From Fibrobacter succinogenes subsp. succinogenes S85 (GTDB lineage Bacteria > Fibrobacterota > Fibrobacteria > Fibrobacterales > Fibrobacteraceae), in contig NC_017448.1 of NCBI RefSeq assembly GCF_000146505.1, positions 2,250,001-2,282,000 on the forward strand: a stretch of 32,000 nt of DNA, written 5' to 3'. Shown piece after piece: positions 8,477 to 15,428 of this stretch. The position numbers were made by a program, and so were the translations under genes. The number at the start of each line of letters is the position of its first letter. Within the stretch, counting starts at the first letter, position 1. The notes under the pieces were generated by a model. It did no database searches, was not told the origin of the DNA, and worked only from the letters and a program-made list of their open reading frames with translations.

Positions 8477-8484
8477 CAAATATA
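8477..8484 (-). promoter_or_regulatory. TAnnTTTG box (TATATTTG) 5 nt upstream of the aroC ATG
   Basis: The minus strand reads TATATTTG-GTCAC-ATG. Confidence 0.4.
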
Positions 8485-8575
8485 AATTCTGGACTAAAAA
8501 AACTTTTTTTTATGAAAAATTTTTGCTTACTTAGAAAAAGTTTACTATCTTTTACAATATCTAGAGGAGTCAATC

Positions 8576-9154
8576 GTGTCCAAGTTCGGAATTGTCATAA
8601 CTTTTTTGATTCTTGTGCTTTCGCTTCATGTGCAAGCGCAGTCTCAAAATAATTTTGCCGGCATTCCGTTTGGCTCAGCTCGCGAGACCGTCATTGAAGA
8701 AATGATGAAAAAAGGTTACGAACCTTATGGCCAGACCGGTGTCGGTGAACGCGTGGTGATTCCTGTTTACATGTTTGGCGAACTGCCTGTCCAGGTTGAC
8801 TTCATTTTCAATAAAAACGACAAGTTCTATGCTTTCGAAATTCGTACGGGACGTGTCGAACGTGCTCGCTTGAGCAAAACTTTTGAAGCTGTTGCCTACA
8901 TGTCTGACCAATTTACGCTCAAGTACGGCAAGCCCTCGGGCGCTCCGGCGATTAGCGAACTTTCTAGCCTCAAGGAAAATGTGCATAACCTCTACCAGGA
9001 ATGGTTCTCGGTGAAGGCTCTCGATGCTTATACGGCAGTCATCCAGAAGGGCAATCGCTATTATGCTGTGGGTTCTGTAACGCATCGCCAGCTTGCTACG
9101 GAAAGCGAAGCCAAGCGCGCTCGTGAAAAAGCTCCGGAAGTACCAGCATTCTAA
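8576..9154 (+). CDS. Hypothetical secreted protein
   Basis: GTG start preceded by GAGGAG 6 nt upstream. Signal peptide MSKFGIVITFLILVLSLHVQA. 192 aa, followed by a terminator. Confidence 0.6.
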   Translation: MSKFGIVITFLILVLSLHVQAQSQNNFAGIPFGSARETVIEEMMKKGYEPYGQTGVGERVVIPVYMFGELPVQVDFIFNKNDKFYAFEIRTGRVERARLSKTFEAVAYMSDQFTLKYGKPSGAPAISELSSLKENVHNLYQEWFSVKALDAYTAVIQKGNRYYAVGSVTHRQLATESEAKRAREKAPEVPAF

Positions 9155-9183
9155 AAATCCAATAAATACTTAAAAAAGTAATT

Positions 9184-9207
9184 CGGCCCGAACGGGTCGT
9201 TTTTTTT
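9184..9207 (+). terminator. Rho-independent terminator
   Basis: CGGCCC-GAAC-GGGTCG hairpin (one G-U pair) followed by T8. Confidence 0.7.
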
Positions 9208-9281
9208 GTTGTTATTTCGGCTTTCTCCTGGATTATATTTATTCAATGGTGCGTGGGTGAAATTTTTTTCTCGCAAATCTA

Positions 9282-9311
9282 TTGACTTTTGTTGAAATAA
9301 TTATATATTTG
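9282..9311 (+). promoter_or_regulatory. Promoter candidate for the rubrerythrin operon
   Basis: TTGACT (9282-9287), a 16-nt spacer and TATATT (9304-9309). The same bases also read TATATTTG (9304-9311), a TAnnTTTG box. Confidence 0.45.
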
Positions 9312-9323
9312 TAATAGTTACAA
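9309..9323. promoter_or_regulatory. PerR/Fur-box-like 15-bp palindrome TTGTAATAGTTACAA
   Basis: Inverted repeat TTGTAA-N3-TTACAA in a 7-1-7-like layout, comparable to the Bacillus PerR box TTATAATnATTATAA. It overlaps the promoter box. A further half-site TTGTAAT lies near 9350. Confidence 0.45.
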
Positions 9324-9394
9324 AAATAAGTACAAGATTAAATTGATTTTTTGTAATTTTTCATCAAATTCCGCATAGCGGAAAAGGAGAAGAT

Positions 9395-9952
9395 ATGAAG
9401 GTCTGGGTTTGCAAAGTTTGCGGTTATGTTCACATGGGTCCGGAAGCTCCGGATGAATGCCCGCAGTGCCATGCTCCGAAGAGCAAGTTCTTCGAAAAGG
9501 TGGAAACGCCTGCTGCAGGCAAGATCGTCTGGGCTGACGAACACAAGGTCGGTGTCGCTCAGGGCTTGGATGCCGAAGTGGTGCAGGGACTCCGCGAGAA
9601 CTTTGCAGGTGAGTGTACCGAAGTGGGTATGTACCTTGCGATGAGCCGCCAGGCGGATCGCGAAGGATTCCCGGAAGTGGCTGAAGCTTACAAGCGCATC
9701 GCTTTTGAAGAAGCGGAACATGCCGCCAAGTTTGCAGAACTCTTGGGCGAAGTCGTCTATGCCGACACCAAGAAGAACCTGGAACTCCGCGTGGCAGCTG
9801 AAGCGGGTGCTACCGAAGGCAAGCTCGCTCTTGCAAAGCGCGCCAAGGAACTCGGCTACGATGCCATCCATGATACGGTTCATGAAATGTGCAAGGACGA
9901 GGCTCGTCACGGCTCTGCATTCCAGGGCCTGCTCGGGCGTTACTTCAAGTAA
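9395..9952 (+). CDS. rbr: Reverse rubrerythrin (N-terminal rubredoxin-like Cys4 domain plus diiron ferritin-like domain)
   Basis: CKVCGY...CPQCH at the N-terminus. ExxH pairs ([19 protein letters not shown]) and additional Glu ligands in the four-helix domain. A strong AAGGAGA Shine-Dalgarno site. Confidence 0.9.
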   Translation: MKVWVCKVCGYVHMGPEAPDECPQCHAPKSKFFEKVETPAAGKIVWADEHKVGVAQGLDAEVVQGLRENFAGECTEVGMYLAMSRQADREGFPEVAEAYKRIAFEEAEHAAKFAELLGEVVYADTKKNLELRVAAEAGATEGKLALAKRAKELGYDAIHDTVHEMCKDEARHGSAFQGLLGRYFK

Positions 9953-9966
9953 AATTGGAGTGTGGT

Positions 9967-10007
9967 GCGGTTCCGGACGTCTCAAGGCGTGCGGGGCCGC
10001 TTTTTTT
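9967..10007 (+). terminator. Hairpin plus T7: terminator or attenuator between rbr and the Fur-family gene
   Basis: GCGGTTCCG (9967-9975) pairs with CGGGGCCGC (9992-10000), with two U-G pairs, followed by TTTTTTT. Confidence 0.5.
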
Positions 10008-10028
10008 GGGAATGTTTGAGAAGGAGGT

Positions 10029-10481
10029 ATGATTATGCAAGAAACGGCAAGCATCCTCAAGGATCATGGCATTAGGCCGTCGTTGCAGAGGGTCTGTGTC
10101 TACCAATACCTGCGGAGCGTCAAGACGCACCCGACGGTCGATGAAATTTACATGGCGCTTTTGCCGAAGAACCCGTCGCTTTCACGCACGACGGTCTACA
10201 ATACTTTGGAGCTGTTGCTTGCAAATGATTTGGCGATTTCGCTGGATTTTGGCGACGGCTTCTTGCGCTACGATGCGGACTGTTCGCCGCATTGCCATTT
10301 CAAATGCAAGGGCTGCGGCAAGGTCTTTGACGTGTTCGTGGCGCCTCCGGACTGCTCAAAAATCGTCCCGGCCGGATTTACGCTGAAGGCGACTTTGCTT
10401 TATATGTTCGGGCTGTGCGACAAGTGCTCTGCCGATGAAACGCCTACTCGCTGGCAGGCTCAGACAGAGCTGGATAATTAG
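10029..10481 (+). CDS. perR: Fur-family transcriptional regulator, PerR-like by context
   Basis: Winged-helix region LKDHGIRPSLQRVCVYQYL...HPTVDEIY...SRTTVYNTLELL. Metal sites include PHCHF, CKGCG and CDKC. A GAAGGAGG Shine-Dalgarno site. Lies immediately downstream of rubrerythrin. Confidence 0.8.
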   Translation: MIMQETASILKDHGIRPSLQRVCVYQYLRSVKTHPTVDEIYMALLPKNPSLSRTTVYNTLELLLANDLAISLDFGDGFLRYDADCSPHCHFKCKGCGKVFDVFVAPPDCSKIVPAGFTLKATLLYMFGLCDKCSADETPTRWQAQTELDN

Positions 10482-11137
10482 TCTTTTAGTTTATCAAGGG
10501 CCTCGTTCGGGCCGATGATGAACAGCACGTCATCTTCTTGCAGGATGACGTCTGCAATATTACCGATCTTGGGTGTCGGCTCTTGCGGGTCGCGGATGGC
10601 GATGACCTGAACGCCGTACTTGTGCGTGAGCGACAGCGTTTTAAGCGTTTTACCGACAAAGTTTTTGGGACAGACGATTTCTACGATGGAGTAACCTTCC
10701 ATGAACGGGAGGAAGTCCACCATGTTTGGGCGGTTCAGTCGTTCGGCGAGGCTTATGGCGGCATCGCGTTCCGGGTGGAAAATGTCCGTGACGCCGAGCT
10801 TTTCCAAGATGCTCGTGTGTTCGGCACTGCTTGACTTTGCGATGATGTGCTTGACCCCGAGTTCCTTTAGGTTAAGGATGGTGAGGAGAGATGCTTCCAG
10901 GTTGCTGCCGATGCAGACGATGACGCTATCCGCCTTGGTCAAAGACGGGATGGAGGCGAGCTGCTTTTTACGGGTACTGTCGGCGACAACAGCTTGCGAG
11001 ACCATGCTTGCGAAGTCCTGGACTTTTTCGGGATGCGAGTCGATGACCATGATGTCATGACCCAGCGACGTCAAGTGACGGGCAAGGTAGTTTGCCGAAT
11101 TTCCAAGACCGATAATAACGAATTGTCTAGAAGCCAT
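10478..11137 (-). CDS. TrkA/KtrA-family K+ uptake regulatory protein (single RCK: TrkA-N plus TrkA-C)
   Basis: Rossmann motif FVIIGLGNSANYLARHL...VIDSHPEKV and a C-terminal TrkA-C-like region. Downstream of trkH on the same strand. Confidence 0.85.
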   Translation of the reverse strand: MASRQFVIIGLGNSANYLARHLTSLGHDIMVIDSHPEKVQDFASMVSQAVVADSTRKKQLASIPSLTKADSVIVCIGSNLEASLLTILNLKELGVKHIIAKSSSAEHTSILEKLGVTDIFHPERDAAISLAERLNRPNMVDFLPFMEGYSIVEIVCPKNFVGKTLKTLSLTHKYGVQVIAIRDPQEPTPKIGNIADVILQEDDVLFIIGPNEALDKLKD

Positions 11138-11141
11138 GGGA

Positions 11142-11149
11142 TAAATATA
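11142..11149 (-). promoter_or_regulatory. TAnnTTT-type box (TATATTTA) 4 nt upstream of the trkA-like ATG
   Basis: The minus strand reads ...CTAAGTTC-TATATTTA-TCCC-ATG, directly abutting the heptamer array. Confidence 0.3.
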
Positions 11150-11150
11150 G

Positions 11151-11178
11151 AACTTAGAGCTTAGAGCTTAGAACTTAG
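11151..11178. repeat. Tandem heptamer array; plus strand (AACTTAG)(AGCTTAG)(AGCTTAG)(AACTTAG), minus strand CTAAGTT/CTAAGCT units
   Basis: Read directly. Same unit as at 365-394 and in the same orientation relative to the downstream gene. Stops in all six frames. Confidence 0.85.
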
Positions 11179-11222
11179 TATTTGGAAAATAGAGTGAAAA
11201 AATGGATTTTGATGTGTTTTAT

Positions 11223-11245
11223 CTAAGTTCTACCGACTAAGTTCT
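11223..11245. repeat. Interrupted heptamer array (CTAAGTT)(CTACCGA)(CTAAGTT)CT, inverted relative to 11151-11178
   Basis: Read directly. CTAAGTTCT occurs twice, 14 nt apart. It is complementary to AGAACTTAG in the neighbouring array. Confidence 0.75.
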
Positions 11246-11252
11246 GCCAACT

Positions 11253-11268
11253 GCGCCCGATAGGGCGC
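11253..11268 (-). other. GC hairpin immediately after the trkH stop
   Basis: GCGCCC-GATA-GGGCGC. No U-tract follows on the coding (minus) strand, so it is not a canonical terminator. Confidence 0.5.
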
Positions 11269-11269
11269 G

Positions 11270-12673
11270 CTAGCCCACCATGATGTCTTCTTCGGCGTAC
11301 CAGGCGGTGTCCTGGAGCTTGCCTGCGACTGCCGAAATGAGGAACAGCGGTCCCATTCGCCCAATGAACATCACTCCACAGATGACGATTTTCCCGACCG
11401 TGGAAAGTTCTTCGGTAAGCCCCATAGAAAGTCCGCACGTGGCATATGCGCTCACGACTTCAAAAAGAATCTTGAGGAACGGGGAACTGTTTGCGGAGTA
11501 GGCGGTGCCGGAGGGAATTTCGGTGCAGAGGAGGATGAGCGTTGCCGAAGCGATCACGACCATGGCGACCACGAAAATTCGAATGGCCTTGTCGACGGTG
11601 TTGTTCGGGATGGTGCGGCCCAAGACCTGGGTCTTTTCCCTGCCGAGGAGCCTGTTCACGCCAAGGAGCCCGATGACCGCTGCGGTCGTAATCTTGATGC
11701 CGCCGCCACAGCTACCGGGGTTTGCGCCAATGAACATGATGATGATAAAGAAGAATAGCGATGCCTGCGTGAGGTCGGGAATGCTCAAGGAATTGAGTCC
11801 GGCCGTGCGGCTTGTAAACGCCATGAACAATACGGATTGCGCGTTCTCGCCTATGGTGTGTCCGCTAAAGAGGTTGTTCCATTCGGTGAACGTAAAGACG
11901 AGGATGCTTGCGACGATGACAATGATTGTCCCGTAGGTTGCGATGCGGGTGTGCAGTGAAACGCGGCGGATTTCCTTGTGCTTGAAGTCGAAGATGTAGC
12001 GCAGTTCTGCAACGGCGAGGAAGCCGAAACCGCCAGCCAGCACGAGGATGCAGGTGGTGATGTTCATTACTGGGTTGTACTGGAAGCCTTCGAGCGAGTT
12101 GGGGAACAACGTAAAGCCCACGCCGCAGAACGAGCTGACTGCCTGGAAAACAGAGCATAAGATGCGGTCGTACATTTCCATAGATTCGAACTGCGTGAAG
12201 TAGACGATGCCGCCGATGAGTTCAAGGACAAACGTAAATGGGATCACGGCTCGGAGGATACGGCCTGCATCGATGTTTCCTTCTTGCGTGAATTCGGAGA
12301 AGAACACGGACTGGTGGCTAAATCCGGGGTGCATGCCGGCAAGCAAGATAAGCGTTGTAGATGCGGTCATGATGCCGAGTCCGCCAAGCTGCATGAGGAC
12401 GACGATGAACCAGTGGCCAATATCGGTGAATGTGGAGGAAATATCGACGACGGAGAGCCCGGTGACGCAGACGGCAGACATGGAGGTGAAAAACGCTTCG
12501 ATAAGGCTTACCGGGCGGGTGCTTGCTTGGGGCAAACTTAAAAGCGCCGTGCCGATAGCGATGAGCAAAAGATAGGCGAGCACCACCAACATGATGGGGT
12601 TGGCCTGGGTCCTTGTCTTGAAAATGTTCTCGGAGAGTGAATCCGCGAGCATCTGGTACTTTGAACGTAGCAT
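11270..12673 (-). CDS. TrkH/KtrB-family potassium transporter
   Basis: Multi-pass membrane protein with repeated pore-loop signatures (MQLGGLGIMT, CGVGFT, RTAGLNS, GSCGGGIKITT). 467 aa. Confidence 0.9.
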   Translation of the reverse strand: MLRSKYQMLADSLSENIFKTRTQANPIMLVVLAYLLLIAIGTALLSLPQASTRPVSLIEAFFTSMSAVCVTGLSVVDISSTFTDIGHWFIVVLMQLGGLGIMTASTTLILLAGMHPGFSHQSVFFSEFTQEGNIDAGRILRAVIPFTFVLELIGGIVYFTQFESMEMYDRILCSVFQAVSSFCGVGFTLFPNSLEGFQYNPVMNITTCILVLAGGFGFLAVAELRYIFDFKHKEIRRVSLHTRIATYGTIIVIVASILVFTFTEWNNLFSGHTIGENAQSVLFMAFTSRTAGLNSLSIPDLTQASLFFFIIIMFIGANPGSCGGGIKITTAAVIGLLGVNRLLGREKTQVLGRTIPNNTVDKAIRIFVVAMVVIASATLILLCTEIPSGTAYSANSSPFLKILFEVVSAYATCGLSMGLTEELSTVGKIVICGVMFIGRMGPLFLISAVAGKLQDTAWYAEEDIMVG

Positions 12674-12724
12674 AAAAGCGAATTTAGTAAAGTTAGGCGC
12701 CCTGCTCCCGTATAAATAGGAAAA

Positions 12725-12744
12725 GACTCCGCTTGCGCGGAGTC
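12725..12744 (-). terminator. Hairpin terminator downstream of the FISUMP gene
   Basis: GACTCCGC-TTGC-GCGGAGTC perfect 8-bp stem. On the minus strand it is followed by TTTTCCTATTT. Confidence 0.6.
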
Positions 12745-12769
12745 TTTAGTGTAAGGAGGAAATTCGTTT

Positions 12770-13660
12770 TTATTCCTGGACGCAGCGTACGCTGAAGCGC
12801 TTGTTCTTTGCGTCGACCTGGAAGAACTTGAGTTCCTTGTTTTCGCCGGCGTATTCGGGTTCCTTTTCCACGATGATAACCGTGTAGTTGTCGCCGACGT
12901 TGGAATCAAAGTTCTTGTCGCCATCCTGCGGGGTTGCGGATGTCCAGTGGAAACCCATCTGGCCGAGGAAGTTGCAGTCGCCGTCCTTGCAGCGGCCGCT
13001 GTAGCTCCACGGGTAGGATTCGTCGTTGATAGCTGCCTGGGCTTCTTCTCTGTTGGGGAGGCGCCAGCCGCTCGGGCATGCTCTCTGAGCGGAATTGAAG
13101 GTGTAGAGTCTTCCGTTCGAGGCGCAATTTGCGGCGACTTCGTTATAGCATTCGCCGGTAGAGCCTTCGTAGTTGAGGTCCTGGGCCATCCAGAGCTTGC
13201 CGCCGACCTGTGCGAGTTTATATGTCTTATTGTCGCGGGTGTCGGTCATCGTGAGACCATTAACGGTCGGAGCCTTGTTTTCCGGAGCGTCAATGGTGAT
13301 GCCGCCACCGTTCGAAGAAGAGGTGGCTTGAGCCTTGGAAGATGACGAAGGTGGCGTAACAGTCTTTTCGCAGCCTTCGGTAAAGCAGAATACTTCCTTA
13401 TTGTAGATATCGGGGTAGTTGACGCCCGGAGCCGGTTCGGGGATGACTACGTGCTTGATTGCCGGGTTTTTAGCGGCGGCTGAGGAAGAATACGTAGGCG
13501 TTTGCTGCGGTGCGGAACTGGAAGAAATTCCTGCAAAAACGGAAGAGGAGGACTCGATATACGAAGTCGGGGGCGGCGCAGCTGGACTTGAATCGTCCGC
13601 GCAAGCCCAAAAGAGGGTGGAGACCCCTACAAGAACGAAAGAAAGGAGATTTTTCTTCAT
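12770..13660 (-). CDS. Lipoprotein with the Fibrobacter succinogenes major paralogous domain (FISUMP)
   Basis: MTDTRDNKTYKLAQVGGKLWMAQDLNY...NGRLYTFNSAQRACPSGWRLPNREE...FHWTS matches the FISUMP pattern. I start it at ATG 13660 (MKKNLLSFVLVGVSTLFWAC lipobox), not 13894. A Ser/Pro/Ala-rich linker is present. Confidence 0.85.
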   Translation of the reverse strand: MKKNLLSFVLVGVSTLFWACADDSSPAAPPPTSYIESSSSVFAGISSSSAPQQTPTYSSSAAAKNPAIKHVVIPEPAPGVNYPDIYNKEVFCFTEGCEKTVTPPSSSSKAQATSSSNGGGITIDAPENKAPTVNGLTMTDTRDNKTYKLAQVGGKLWMAQDLNYEGSTGECYNEVAANCASNGRLYTFNSAQRACPSGWRLPNREEAQAAINDESYPWSYSGRCKDGDCNFLGQMGFHWTSATPQDGDKNFDSNVGDNYTVIIVEKEPEYAGENKELKFFQVDAKNKRFSVRCVQE

Positions 13661-13666
13661 GATTAC

Positions 13667-13674
13667 CAAATATA
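13667..13674 (-). promoter_or_regulatory. TAnnTTTG box (TATATTTG) 6 nt upstream of the FISUMP ATG
   Basis: The minus strand reads TATATTTG-GTAATC-ATG. Confidence 0.4.
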
Positions 13675-13713
13675 GTTTACAAAAATGATTTGATGTAGCA
13701 AAAACTTTTTTAC

Positions 13714-13721
13714 TATCTTTG
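13714..13721 (+). promoter_or_regulatory. TAnnTTTG box (TATCTTTG) 8 nt upstream of the nuoA ATG
   Basis: The plus strand reads TATCTTTG-GAATCACT-ATG, back-to-back with the FISUMP box. Confidence 0.4.
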
Positions 13722-13729
13722 GAATCACT

Positions 13730-14122
13730 ATGAGCAATGTTGAAATTTTCGACACCACCTTCGCTATGACGATTCTCGTGATCATGGCACTCTGCATCCC
13801 GACAGTCCTCCTTGTTGCCAACTGGGTTTTGCACCCGGGCAAGATCAAGCACACCATTATTAAGGGTTCTGCTTACGAATGCGGCCTCGCTCACGTTTCC
13901 GGTACGGCCAACGAACGCTATCCGGTGAAGTACTACATGGTGGCCATGCTCTTCTTGGTATTTGACCTTGAAGTCGCCTTTATCTATCCCTGGACCATCC
14001 AGTTCCTTGCTGGTGGCTGGGAATTGCTGTTCATCCTCCTCGGCTTCCTCCTGATTCTCGAAGCCGGTTACATCTACCTCTTGAAGAAGGGTGTGCTGGA
14101 CTGGAACAGCGTTAAGGACTAA
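13730..14122 (+). CDS. nuoA: NADH-quinone oxidoreductase subunit A
   Basis: Three transmembrane segments and the conserved core YECG...ERYPVKYYMVAMLFLVFDLEVAFIYPW. 130 aa. Confidence 0.85.
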   Translation: MSNVEIFDTTFAMTILVIMALCIPTVLLVANWVLHPGKIKHTIIKGSAYECGLAHVSGTANERYPVKYYMVAMLFLVFDLEVAFIYPWTIQFLAGGWELLFILLGFLLILEAGYIYLLKKGVLDWNSVKD

Positions 14123-14155
14123 TCCTTAAAACGTTGATTATTCTATCTCAAAATG

Positions 14156-14191
14156 GCGGATGCAGACCTTGGGTTTGCATCCGCTTTTTTT
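14156..14191 (+). terminator. Rho-independent terminator after nuoA
   Basis: GCGGATGCA (14156-14164) pairs perfectly with TGCATCCGC (14176-14184), followed by T7. Confidence 0.85.
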
Positions 14192-14221
14192 AGACGGAAG
14201 AGGACAGATGGGTCAGTTGCG

Positions 14222-14263
14222 ATTTCACTAACCATTGTCTACTTCCTACTGTTTACTGATTTA
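14222..14263. repeat. Heptamer-periodic tract (ATTTCAC)(TAACCAT)(TGTCTAC)(TTCCTAC)(TGTTTAC)(TGATTTA)
   Basis: Read directly. Shares CACTAACCA and the 10-mer ACTGTTTACT with the tract at 27067-27108. Confidence 0.65.
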
Positions 14264-15352
14264 AAATGCGTCGCGGACGTACATCGTCATGCCGACGTTC
14301 TTGAAGTCCACCCATGAAAGTTCGCAACGGGCGTACAGGTTTTCCTTCTTGTTGAGGGCGAACCGCCCCCCGAAGCCCAGGCTCCTGTGCCACTTGTTTC
14401 GCATAAGGTCGCTGAAGTAGTCGCCCGTCTTTCCGCCTTCGAAGAAGATGTCCCCGGCGAGGCGCCAGAACAGTTTCTTGCGGAATTCCACTTGCAGAAA
14501 CAAGGCCTGGTTTCCGTAGAAGTAGTTCTTCTCGACGCCTCGGAACCGCTTGAGACCGTCGGAACCGGCGAGTTTGTCGAACGGGGCGTCTCCATCTACG
14601 CGCTGCCAGAGGAAGCCGACGGCCATGGATGTGTTCCAGATGAATTCGCTGTAGCCGCGGATGTCTAGTTCCTGGTGGGTGTAGCTATAGTCGCCCATGC
14701 CTTTGTTGTAAAAGTAGTGGCCCCACTGGACGAGGTAGCCATGTCTTGCCCAGTTGGTGTTGTCGCGGGTGTCCATCGACAGGTGGTAGCCTACGCCGTT
14801 ACGCCACCCGTTTGTGTTTTGAGGCTCTTCGGTTGTCCCATAGTAATGGTAGTTGTTGAACTCGACGTTTGTATGATTAAATTCGAGGAAAAGCCCGTAA
14901 TTAAAGCCGGGGACCCACTGCTTTGTACCAAAGTTTGTCTTGACGAGTGTCTTGGTGTAAAAAGTCTGTCGGTCGAACTTGCGGTAGTCGTCGATATCGG
15001 GGTTGTTTTTACGTCCAAAGTAGTTGCCGACCCAGTCCTCGTAATGGAGTTCCAGACTGCCTGAAATGCGGTCGTTCAGTAGATAGAACTTAGGCGAAAA
15101 CGAGCCCGTGACCTGCTTGCGTGAGGTCCCATAAAAGGAGAGGTCTAGCTCTGTGGCTTTTCCTCCTTCGTTATCGGGGCGGAAGAAAATGATTGCCATG
15201 GCGCCGAGCTGGTACTGCGTTTCTTCGGTATAGCCTAGGATAGGAACGGCAGAAAAACGCTGGAAGTCGTCCGTCGAATCGGCTTTAACTTCGGCGAATG
15301 CCGGTGTAGCGAAGGCTGCTAGTGCTAGTAGCTTTTTAATCAAAAAACGCAT
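14261..15352 (-). CDS. Outer-membrane beta-barrel protein, Omp85/surface-antigen-like (no POTRA domains evident)
   Basis: Signal peptide MRFLIKKLLALAAFATPAFA. Alternating aromatic beta-strand pattern. C-terminal ...LGFGGRFAL...MTMYVRDAF ends in Phe. I prefer ATG 15352 to the listed TTG 15361. Confidence 0.55.
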   Translation of the reverse strand: MRFLIKKLLALAAFATPAFAEVKADSTDDFQRFSAVPILGYTEETQYQLGAMAIIFFRPDNEGGKATELDLSFYGTSRKQVTGSFSPKFYLLNDRISGSLELHYEDWVGNYFGRKNNPDIDDYRKFDRQTFYTKTLVKTNFGTKQWVPGFNYGLFLEFNHTNVEFNNYHYYGTTEEPQNTNGWRNGVGYHLSMDTRDNTNWARHGYLVQWGHYFYNKGMGDYSYTHQELDIRGYSEFIWNTSMAVGFLWQRVDGDAPFDKLAGSDGLKRFRGVEKNYFYGNQALFLQVEFRKKLFWRLAGDIFFEGGKTGDYFSDLMRNKWHRSLGFGGRFALNKKENLYARCELSWVDFKNVGMTMYVRDAF

Positions 15353-15358
15353 TTCGCC

Positions 15359-15366
15359 CAAATTTA
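15359..15366 (-). promoter_or_regulatory. TAnnTTTG box (TAAATTTG) 6 nt upstream of the barrel-protein ATG
   Basis: The minus strand reads TAAATTTG-GGCGAA-ATG. Confidence 0.4.
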
Positions 15367-15398
15367 GATAATTACCTAGGCCCGAATCTTTAAATTTT

Positions 15399-15406
15399 TA
15401 TTTTTG
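15399..15406 (+). promoter_or_regulatory. TAnnTTTG box (TATTTTTG) 22 nt upstream of the uup ATG
   Basis: Read directly in the 76-nt divergent intergenic region. Confidence 0.35.
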
Positions 15407-15428
15407 TAGAAAAGAAGCAGGTTTGTTT

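Noticed and set aside
8472-8573. 34-aa N-terminal extension of aroC
   Set aside because: Chorismate synthases start close to the FG..F..TT(W/F)GESHG motif. The extension runs through the AT-rich divergent promoter region.
9338-10060. 240-aa minus-strand ORF
   Set aside because: It is antisense to rubrerythrin and the intergenic terminator, with no motifs.
11253-11268. The GC hairpin after trkH as an intrinsic terminator
   Set aside because: No U-tract follows on the coding strand. I list it only as a structure.
13661-13894. 78-aa N-terminal extension of the FISUMP lipoprotein ORF
   Set aside because: The internal ATG at 13660 gives a canonical lipoprotein signal. The extension overlaps the nuoA start and its promoter box.
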